From Gordius albopunctatus (Eukaryota): a stretch of DNA of 64,000 nt. The notes below the pieces were generated by a model, which saw nothing but the letters and a program-made list of their open reading frames with translations, had not been told where the DNA came from and ran no database searches. Numbering within the stretch: the first letter of the stretch is position 1; every line of letters starts with the position of its first letter. The position numbers were made by a program, and so were the translations under genes. Positions 53,733 through 64,000 of the stretch are shown here, one piece after another. The stretch spans positions 3,162,001 to 3,226,000 of the forward strand of contig OZ193910.1 in assembly GCA_964276515.1 (NCBI GenBank), given 5' to 3'.

Positions 53733-56700
53733 TTAGGTATTTGGCCTAAACAAAGAGCCTATTAGTGGAGCTCTCCACAAATATTTTTTATAGCCAGATG
53801 TCCACTGATTAAATTTGGAAGAGCTCAATGATGTTCTGCTAGCTAGGGAACAAGTAGAGCCACCTACGTAGGTCGAACATAATCTACTCAAATTTTTAGG
53901 GTTGTAAGATGTATATTCGGTTGGATTATCATCCACGGAGAAACCATTATTTTCTCTGTATTCGTTACCTTCTGCGTGCAATTCACTATTATGTCCATTA
54001 TTTGATAGAGCGGTTGTGGGTTTTGATAATGCACTTCGCTGAGAATTATACTCTTGTTGGTGTTTGTGTCCAAGATAGTTATTCTTGTTTGTAGATATTA
54101 ACGTATGTGCCAATACGATTGCAACTAGGACTATAGATATTGTTGATAAAACTATACTAATTTTCACTAGATGGACATGGTTGGGTTTAGTATCAAAGGC
54201 GCTCCTGCCGTATGTTTGTTTCAAAGCTTCCCTGATACGGCTAGAATATCCTGGACCTGAATTCTCGTTCAGAAAACTCATTTCATTATATGAGTGTGGC
54301 AGCGATTTAGTTTCTAATCCATCGTGGGATGTTAGATTATTAGAGTCGGGACCGTCGTTAATCAAGTGCAGCATCGTGTCTGAAAGTTCCTTAATTTCCT
54401 TCATAATCATAGAATCGATAGTCTGTTGACGAAACAAAGCCGCTGTCAATTCTTTGTTTGTATATTCATGATCATCTGAATCCACGATTATACCTTCCGA
54501 AATTTCATCATTTGTGTTGCCAATCCCATCTACATTATAGACAGATAAATCTTCCTCATGGTCTACACTATCACCTTAAATATAAAATACAACAAATAAT
54601 AGTATCTGCTAAATTTAAAAATTTCTCCTATAATATAAACTACCAGAATTAAAATTGGCAGAAAAATTATAGCCAGGATCTTGGGACGTGTCGATTTCGG
54701 AAATGAGCGTTGCCCTGTGCTTTCCATCGATTTCACCTTTTTGAGTTGAATGACATATGAACGCATTCAATGGTGGGTAAGAGATCGGCACGTCGAGTAG
54801 ATTAAGAGGGCTTTCACACTTAGCTCTATTGAGTATGGTGCGGGCTTTGAATCGATGGAGAAAAAACAAGTTTGATATACGGGACTCCAACCATAATCTG
54901 AACTCCTTCATTTTGCAATCGCAGTGCCATGGATTAACTTAAGTTAAAAAATCAACTTTGCTATTTACAATCTATATACGCAAGATGATATTTAGATTTG
55001 TAAAATTTGCTTACATGCTATGTCCATGTGTGTGAGTCTATCTTGGGACTTCCTAAACAGATTGACATCCAGTGTTGACAAATTATTGTAACTCAGATCA
55101 ATGTACGTCAAGTTTTCAAGGTTTGACAATACCTTGGTGTTTATTTGAGACAAGTGGTTATGATAAAGTTTGAGATCAAACAACGTTTTAGCCGGTCCTG
55201 AGAAGCAGCCGACATCAAGTGAGCTCAATAAATTTGCCGATAAATCCAATATCTGAAGTTTTTTATTAAAATCAAACGATGTGGTAGGAAGTTGGGAAAT
55301 ACGATTTTTTGACAAATCAAGCAGCTCTATATTTGGTAAAGCCTTTAGCAGTTTTGTCGGCAACGACGTTAGGGAATTAGATTTTAAATAAATTTTTGTA
55401 AGCAAAGTTCCTCCTCTGATTAATCTACGTCCTTCAAGGCCCATAACATCTCCCAATTGAATGATACGGTTATATTTCAAAGAAAGTGTTTCCAAATTAT
55501 ACAAATCTTTAAAGATGCCATCATTCAGGGTTGATAATTCATTACCGGACAAATCCAACGTCCGTAATTGCGTTAATCCTATGAACGTTCTTACGTCGAG
55601 ATTTGATATCTTGTTATTTCGAACGTTGAATGTTTGTAATGTATTTTTCAGGGGATATAAGGCATTATAGGCAATGATTGAAAGGTTAGAGTCAGGGATA
55701 AACAATTCCTTCAAAAGAGGTAAATTGTTAATGAAATCTTCTTTGACTAGCCGTTTCAGAGTGGTGCTCGTCAGAGTGAAATGGGTTACATTGACAGCTG
55801 GGCCTGGTAATTTAGGTAACCTATCCATAGAATCAGTTGAAAGATGGATGGCTGTTAAGGAAGGTGGTAAGCGTGGCTCGTAACTGTTATAAGATGCGTT
55901 ACCGATAAATGTCTTTAAGCCCGAAGATTTTACTACTAACGATTTTAACTTTAAAAATTGAGACAATTTATCTATAGGCACAGACTCTATGTTAGGGGAA
56001 CTCAATTGTATGTCTTCGAGGGTGTGCTTCAAAGGTGAAAGTGCTATGTAAGGGAAACCTGAAAAGTAATCTTGAGGGTCAGTATGCCAGGAATGTTCTA
56101 TAATCTTTAGGCGTTTAACTCCAATCCCCAGATCATTAAGTTTGGGATGCGTCGATGAATAATCCCTTACTTCCGCTTCGGATATTTCAAAATCTAAAAA
56201 TGCATCTGAATCGATATCTTTAATCTTATTGAAGTAAAAGTATAACTCCCGAACCGTGGATAGTCCGTTCGGTGAATTATCGAGATGTCTTAACGCAGAA
56301 AATAGTTCCCGTTTAAGTATTGGTATGGAATTAAAAGTAAAGGTGAGACTGGAAAATTTGAGGCCTTTCTTCTTGCTACCATTACCATCAATGAATGCGG
56401 TTTCGTAATAATTTTTTTGCTCATCGCCCGAGTTCGGCAGAGGACCTGGGGCCGGGGCTATTGTGTGCATGGGAACGGGACCGGTCCTTTCTCTATTTTC
56501 CCTACCCCTATTACGTTTCCATAAATCATTGACCAGGATATCGCCGGCTTGTTCATCAGGACTCGTTAATGGATTATGAGTTGATGGATATTTTAAGTCG
56601 TTTTTTCGACTGGATGATGAAGCATTCATAAAGGCCCCCAACAATTCTGGATAGATCATACCCCTACAAACCATTTCAGATTCCTGCGTTATAAAATCTA

Positions 56701-57028
56701 GTTTGCAAGTGCACGGTGGCACACAACCTATGGCTTCGGATAGAGCTGTTGAAAAGAGAGGAGCTGTTCCGAAGAGTTTTAAGGTTGGTTGGAACAAAGC
56801 TGACGATAGTATGTGCATCAGACCGGATGAGAAAGGACTCTGTCTATGCATCGGTGGTCCAAATGATATTGATGAATGAGGTATCAGCAAAATCTTTTCC
56901 GAGCTATCATCCTCATTTCCCGTATGGTTAGTATTTTGTCCCGATACTGGCACTGCTTCTTGTAGCAACAAGAAAACCAGAAAAATGGTCACATCCATAC
57001 AGCAAATGCCTTTTAATCCAATAGCCAT
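53733..57028 (-). CDS. Single-pass type I leucine-rich-repeat membrane protein, 3 exons: join(57028-55015, 54937-54644, 54574-53733), 1049 aa
   Basis: Signal peptide, Cys cap CVPPCTC, many LxxLxLxxNxL repeats, and LRRCT FNPWHCDC formed across a 77-nt GT-AG intron (55014-54938). Second intron is 69 nt (54643-54575). TM helix ISIVLSTISIVLVAIVLAHTLI, then a Ser/Asn-rich tail. Exons sum to 3150 nt, in frame. Confidence 0.92.
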
Positions 57029-57504
57029 ATCAAACTTATTTTATCTGAATAATGTTAAATATACTTGTAGTTATTAATTCTTATTAATATAATTTAAGTG
57101 TTTAAAAGTGACAAGCTTTATTTGTAAGACTTAAAGATAAATAACATAATTCATTTAAATATAACATTAAATTTATTTGACGGACAACAAACAAAGAGAC
57201 TTTAATCGAGTCGTGTTTAACAACTGAATATAAAATATAGGTCATCATTATTATAATAGAGTTGTTGTGTAAGCGTCACTCTGAACACATCTAAACTTCA
57301 TGCCTCTTTAAATGTGCTAGGCTGTCATTTGGTACCGAAATACACCAAAAAATATGCTTGCAAAATCTTTTAAATCTTATCATATTAATGATCTTAAAAT
57401 CAATAATTAAACATAAACGGGTTGTAAAAATTTAAATGTTATTGAATTGTATACAATCGACATATTAATAGTGATGTTGATTTTCTCGAGTGAGCATTGC
57501 TCAG

Positions 57505-58207
57505 TGTGAGCTCTGCACCCTCACACGCACTGTGTATCCTACTTGGTTCCGTGCACGGGCCGCCCAAAGTCGGGCCGGGATCGGGCAGAATTTAATAAAA
57601 CAATTGGGCTCGGGTCGGGCCTGATGAGGCGGCCCGACTTAAGGCCTGAACCCGGCCCGATATGACTAAAGCAAACTAATCTTTTATAAAACATGATTTA
57701 AACAAACTCAACTCGATATTAAATAATTATCTTCGTACAACATACACAATATAGCTTCCAAGCTTCAGCTTTTTCCCCCTGTCTATAATATTTTGACCTA
57801 AATTGAAAATCTTATTCTAGTATTTAAATAAATTCATAGTAGCTATTACTTTAGAAATAAAATAAGGAAATATTTTTAAACGTTTTCTATTTGGAACTGT
57901 TAGATAAAAAATATTTTATAAAGTTAGATTTTCAGTTTTAAATTTATTGGCTGAATAAAGTGTAGCGAGTGAAATTTTATTTCAAACTTATCCTAGTTGT
58001 AAATTACGATTGATAACAATTTACGGCATTATGTATTTATATTATAAAATAATTTTAAAATCAATTTTTAAAAATTTTTTATTTGAAAAATCGGGTCGGG
58101 TTCGGGTCGGGCCAAAAATAAAAAAGTCATTCGGCGGGTTCGGGCCGGGCAAAATAAAAACTGAGAGTTCGGGCCGGGCAGAAAAAAATTCATTCTGCAG
58201 GGCTCTA
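57505..58207. mobile_element. Degenerate hAT-like non-autonomous element
   Basis: Imperfect TIRs gagctctgca / tgcagggctcta with clustered cggg(c/t)c subterminal motifs at both ends. Related single ends (tagagacctgca) at ~38373 and ~63124. Confidence 0.55.
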
Positions 58208-58393
58208 ACCTACTCTACTAATGAGACTGTTGATGTATCAGATGGAAATGCTCGAGAGGCGAAGGCGTAGTAACAAAAAGTAACTCATGTATAGAGCTGC
58301 TGTGTGCCTGAGCAGCAGTAAAAGTTTACTAAACAGATTTAATATGAGCAAATGCTATGACCAAGTAGTTTCTCTAAACTGCTTGCTCATAGA

Positions 58394-58596
58394 TAGAGTT
58401 GTTAAATTGCTAACTTTCTTCAACTCCAGCTACCATCTGCTCGAGTTTCTGCTCGGCCCTCGAGCATTTTTATATGCTACTGCTCTGCCTAGTGCACCGA
58501 ACAGAGATCACATATTGTGCTAACGCGCATATTAAGCAACTCAGTGTGCGTGCTCGCGTCTGGAGTTTGAAGAAAGTTAGCAATTTAACAACTCTA
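58394..58596. mobile_element. hAT-type MITE, copy 3 (inverted relative to copies 1-2)
   Basis: Reverse complement of 48311-48513. TSD CTCATAGA/CTCATAGC (7 of 8 match). Confidence 0.9.
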
Positions 58597-59664
58597 CTCA
58601 TAGCAACTCATCTATTATAATGTGATAATGAATGCGATGAAATAAAGCGTGCTTTGTTTTAACACACTACATTATGTTGTCCAACAATAATTATGGCTAT
58701 TTGAATAGGAATAAGTAGGATTCCCTCAAGGGGGGGGGGTTAAATTTTTTTGTAACTATTTTTTGATCAATGTCTTGTCTCCTAAATGTTTAAAGTGACA
58801 TTGGCGTAAAAATACTAAAATTGAAATTCCATCGTATATTTTTTTTATAAATATACAATGTAAAAATTATATAAATTGAAAATCATGGGAGGGGGGTTCT
58901 AACCGGAAAACCACCCACTCCCTAAGCCAATGGGGCTATTTGTTATGAATTAATATTTTTCCAGGCGATTTTTTTTTGCAATTTTCTTTATATATGGCTA
59001 AAATATGCTTAATGATATTAAAATTTATTATTTATACATGCCAAAAATTTTATAAAAATTTATTCAATTATAAATTTTTGAATTTTTTGTCTCGCCCAGG
59101 TGGTAATAATTTTTTTTGACAATTTTAATATGGTTTAACTTTATATTTTATCGTTTTTAAGAACATATGTCAATGTTATAATTTTATTAAAGGTGCGAAC
59201 TACTTTTTTTCGTTTTTCATTATATATATATATATCTAAAATGATTTTTTGACATTTTTAATATGACTTAATGTTTCTAAATTTATATTTAATAATATTT
59301 TTAGTCCATGTCGCAATGCAAGGTTTTATAAAAGGTGGGAAATTTCGTTTTATATAATAGAATATTCAGGATAGATGGCTAAAATCTGTTAAATGATTTC
59401 AAAATTTACGCCTTTATACATGCCAAAAATATGTTTTATTGTTTTAAATATAAATTTTTGAATATTCTGCCTGACCCTAATGCTAATAAATTCTTTGAAA
59501 ATTTTAATATGGGTTTTTAAGCAAGGTTACAATGTTCATCTGTTAATGGATTATTTGCCATAAAAATTTTTGGGTTGAGCGAATAATGAAATGGGGAGAG
59601 AGGAGGACTTTAATAACAACGTTTCATGCTATGCCTATGAGAGATAGGGAAGAGGGGATAGGCG

Positions 59665-61265
59665 ATATGTAGTGATGGTGAAACGCTTAGAACCAGCGCG
59701 TGTAGCGCCTCCCATCTACATAGCATAGTCACGTGGAGGCGCTAAAGCTATAGCACATAGTCACGTGGATGCGCTAAAGCTATAGCACATAGTCACACGA
59801 GGGCGCTAGAGCTGTAGGACATAGTCACATAAGGTGCTAGAGCTATCGCGTGGCGCTATCATTGTTATGATTTGTTATTGTTAAGTAGCATATGCGCACA
59901 TGTGGTTTGAACTAAGTTTATAGGCTAATTTAATTAATAAGCTCAGGGCCATCAATAAGTGACCTAAATTAAGTATGAAAGACGCAGGCATATAAATAAA
60001 CAGAATCTGGTCTGACGATATCAAACAACATTACAACCTTCGGTCATTGGTGTTTGATAAATCTGGCCACGAATGGCTTGAGGCTTACCCCAGTAAATAT
60101 TCAAACATGAAGTTGGAGGACTCCGAGCTATCCTACAGTATAGCTCTACGCCTTGGCATCAAATACACCAAACCATATGCATGTAGGAATTGCGACTTGC
60201 CAGATGACGAAGAAGCCCGTCATCCATTAAATTGCAGGTTAAACAAATTCAGACACATAAAACACTCTAAAATCAACTCCATCATCCAGTAAGCCCCTAA
60301 AAAGGCTGAAATCCCGTCCATTCTTGAGCCGTCAGACCCCTCTCCTTAGGGTCGAATGCGCCCTGACGGCTCTTCACTTGTGCCTTGGGAAAACGGTCTA
60401 TTCTTGAAATGGGACTTGCCCCTTCAAATCTCAATTATGATCCAATGGTCCTCGCCGAGGGGTGCAAATTAACAAAATACAAGGCCCTTTTAAACTCAAG
60501 TATTTTTATCCTCATAGTTTCATCCTGTTCGGCTCTTATGGGAAAATGGCATTAGCCTTTTTCAAAGAAATAGGCAGACAATCTCCTCCTTCTAAATATT
60601 CTCCCGCATTTCTACTAAAACAATCAATTGCGATTTTAATCGCAAAATTCAACTTTAAATCCTTTTTGGATTCTTGCCCTTCGCTGAAAGAGGAAGATGA
60701 AGATATATTAGGCATTTAACGCTCTTATTTAATTTTTTTTTAATATACTAAATTTGTATCACATTCTACCATATCATAATTAGCCATATATTAATAAACT
60801 TTTTATATTAAAAAAAATATTTAAAAAAGTTAATTTCAATCGATCTAAAAAAACACGATTTTTAGATCTGTTATTTCTAATTAAATAATTTTAATATTTT
60901 AGGCTTTTTTAATAATTAAAACCGTATTGAATATAAATTTAGTTCCTCGTATAGAATACTATTTAAAGAATTTAACCGTAGTTCTATGGATTAAAATTCA
61001 ATTATAAAACGTTATAGTTTTCAAGTAAATGTATTATAAAACTTAAAAAATTCAGAAATGAAAAAACCATGCCTAGTTCTTCATAATTTTTTAAATATAA
61101 TTAAATTAACCTATAATGCTACTTAAAAATAAAAAATCATAACAATGATAGCACCACGCTATAGCAGCGCCCTCGTGTGACCATGTGCTATAGCATTAGC
61201 GCCTCCAAGTGACTATGTGCTATAGCTTTAGCGCCTATCAAACGCTATTTCACCATCACTAGCGA
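59665..61265. mobile_element. Foldback-like element with arms built of 32-bp tandem repeats
   Basis: catagtcac... units at 59724, 59756, 59788 and 59820. 61130-61262 is the reverse complement of the left arm with fewer units. Confidence 0.75.
60040..60820 (+). mobile_element. Second 5'-truncated RLE-type non-LTR retrotransposon fragment
   Basis: WLEAYPS, IALRLG, CRNC..HPLNC, H..IN, then RPDGSSLVPWENG..LKWD (~60358-60415). Contains stops and frameshifts. A-rich tail at ~60809. Confidence 0.8.
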
Positions 61266-62764
61266 TATGTCACATAAGACATAAGTAATTAACACATTTG
61301 CTGAACAGATTAATTGCGATACGTCACATAATTAATTTACACATTCGTTGAGCAACTTGCTATCAGCAATCGCTCTTACAAAACTACTTTTATCTAAAGT
61401 TGTAAACAAGCTAATATTCCTACTGCTTGAGCTTGTATTTGCTGTTCTTAAAACTGGAACCTCTTAGGCATTTTACCCCTCTTGATGACAGAGCTTATGC
61501 GTCCAAGCACATATGCTAGCTATTATGCTCCGAACTTTACATCTATACATATTAAGAGATTAAATCAATAACTTCACAGTAACCTACCCAAAATTTTGTG
61601 AGTATAAATATTTTTAATTAAAATATGTTTTAGGTAAACGATATATTAAAGGCTATATTAAACGCAATTAGCTTGGCCCAAATAATAAAGAGTTTGGTAT
61701 TAATACAATTTAGCTTTTAGGATTTTCAGGATTATATAAATGTTTGATAAGGTTAATGAGCTTTACAATTCTACAGACTTCGGATTACTAGTATAAAAAT
61801 GTAGAAAAACGGAGGCAGAGTTTTACCATCTTAACGACTTTAATTTATAATTTCCAATAAAATCATAACTATTTAAAAATGCTGCTTATTTAATATTATT
61901 AGTAAACATTCTTACCTATTGAGTCACAGAATTCGATCCTCGAATATATCAGGAAATATATATTATTGCCCTTATTTATTTATTCAATCGTGTATTTCAA
62001 CAATAAACTTTTTTTACAATTTTGCTATTTAGGGATTAATATTGAAGTAGTCTCTTATGCATGGGGGAGGTGATAGCGAGGACAATTAGGGGAAGCAAGG
62101 AGACAAGTCCAACTTAGACGCGTTTAATATTGTCGTACGAGTGTATATTAAGGAATTCTTCTGCCCTGTGGCGCATTTGATGCGCGGAAACTTTTATTTT
62201 ATTTTCACGACGGAGTGGAGGGAGAAATAGCCATTTTCGTATAGTATTTTTCCTCTTATAAATTTAAATTTTCACACCATTTTGATTTTAATATTGCGAA
62301 GAAGTTTTAATGCGTTTTCTCGTCATATTTTGGCAGGAGCTTATAATTTTGTTAATTATCTGGTTTGCTGATGTAGCGACAACACTGAAGAGGCGTGAAA
62401 CGTAATTTATATGCAGAGCAAGTGCGAATCTTGAAAAGTTGTTGTTTTCGTCGTAGAATATTAAAATATTATGCTGTCATATTTGCATTTATTTAAAAAA
62501 GCACAACGAAAATGAATATAGGCTTTGGGTAAGTTTAAGTCATGCGTATAATTAACGACTTTAAGACCGGGAAAACTTGACAACGATTTGATTACACCAA
62601 GATTTGGTAAATAATGAAGATTTTAAACATATAGTTTATGTTGATAAAAAGCTTTTATGCCTAAACCTGGTAAAATGCTGGTGTTATGCTCGATTTAATC
62701 TGTAATTGCTAAAAGTCTGCCAAGGGCGTCGATGATTTGTTTCATTAATTGATCCGAGTCCGAC

Positions 62765-63690
62765 CCACATGCGCGCCAGGGTGTGGCAGGAAGGGGCGGC
62801 TGCACCCCCCCCCCCCTAAATCCCTCCAAAATTAACAATATTATTAAATTATAGCTAAATTTTCAAAAATGTTATTTCGCCTATCCCAGAATTATTATTG
62901 CCCCCCCCCCTCTAATTTCAATCCTGGCTACGACCATGCCAACCCAACCCAGACTTTTTCATTTTCTGGCTTTATCCCATTGGCCCTATACATTTTGGAT
63001 ATGTATTCAAAATGAACTTAATCTCTTTCATTTTACGTTGACAAATTGCCCCAGACTTGGTCGCCCTCCCTTCCCTTTAACACTAGGAATTAAGTGTGCG
63101 TGTTATTGTTTATCTGCTACTACTAGAGACCTGCAAGGCCGACCCTCGGACGGGACTAAAAGCCAGGCCCGCGGGTCTGGCTTGAACGGGCTTCTAAAAT
63201 AAAACAACGAGCCAGGATTGGACAGGCCTAAATGTAACCCAACGGGCCCGGGGCGGGAATAGATATACGTAAGGCCCGCTAAAAGCTCGTTATGTATAAA
63301 TTTTAAACAAAAGTTTGTTTTATATTGCTCCAATTTATAATTTGATGTTTATTAAATTAACAAAGGTTTAATGGATTCCTCTCTCCTTTATTTATAAATA
63401 CAATTTATAAAAAAAGTTTTTAGCAACCTTGGCAGCAAATATTTCATTTTTATATTTTTAGTTTAAATTATATCTGATTCTTCTTATGCCTATTAATTCG
63501 AATTTCTATTGATTCAATTAATAATTCATTCATGGTCGTAGCCGGCGTTTGAATTAGAGGGGGGGGCAATGATGATTAAAGGAGGGGCAAAATGATCATT
63601 TTGGAAATTTTAGCCATAATTTATATTATTTTAACAAATTTTTAGATTTTGAGGGGGCAGCCGCCCCTACCTGCCCCCTCTAACTACCTC
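62765..63690. repeat. Two oppositely oriented copies of a ~160-bp CATGGTCGTAGCC-ended MITE-like element
   Basis: ggctacgaccatg at ~62926 and catggtcgtagcc at 63531. The adjoining C/G-run cores are reverse complements (62765-62938 vs 63531-63690). Confidence 0.6.
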
Positions 63691-64000
63691 CAATAATTCA
63701 TTTCAATACATATTTATCAAAGTTCTATAATTTTCGCTTAGTTTTCTGATAGGTAAACACTAAACGCTGATTTAAATTTTAATAATTGAACACTTATGAT
63801 AAAGGCTATTAAATATTTTCATATGGTAGTTGCCATTACAATAATATAAACAAAATAAACATTTTACAAAAATATATGACTTACACAATTGGAATTTAGT
63901 ATACAAATATGATATTTGAAATGATTACAATTTTTTAATTGTAAATTGAATGCTAGATCGTTTATTATTCAGATGAGATGCTTTGGAGTTTAAATATGAA

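Overview
This is very AT-rich eukaryotic DNA, probably from an invertebrate animal: introns are short GT-AG, and there are animal-type LRR and serpin sequences. Half the window (~3050-34770) is a 143-bp tandem array of ~220 copies that looks like ordinary satellite DNA. On the minus strand, each unit parses exactly into an 83-nt GT..AG intron plus a 60-nt phase-0 exon encoding QGNEE[K/E]I[N/D]LFLKGENTLI[A/R/E/S]M. The array lies inside an apparent minus-strand gene whose first exon is the 479-codon ORF at 36825-35386. It appears to have arisen by run-away duplication of one intron-spanning segment of that gene. The rest of the window holds a complete 3-exon gene for a single-pass LRR membrane protein (57028-53733, 1049 aa), a serpin pseudogene fragment, a decayed RTE LINE, two RLE-type non-LTR retrotransposon 3' fragments, hAT transposase remnants, hAT MITEs with 8-bp TSDs, foldback elements, and a Helentron/HINE-like repeat family. 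All calls are by eye, with no database searches.
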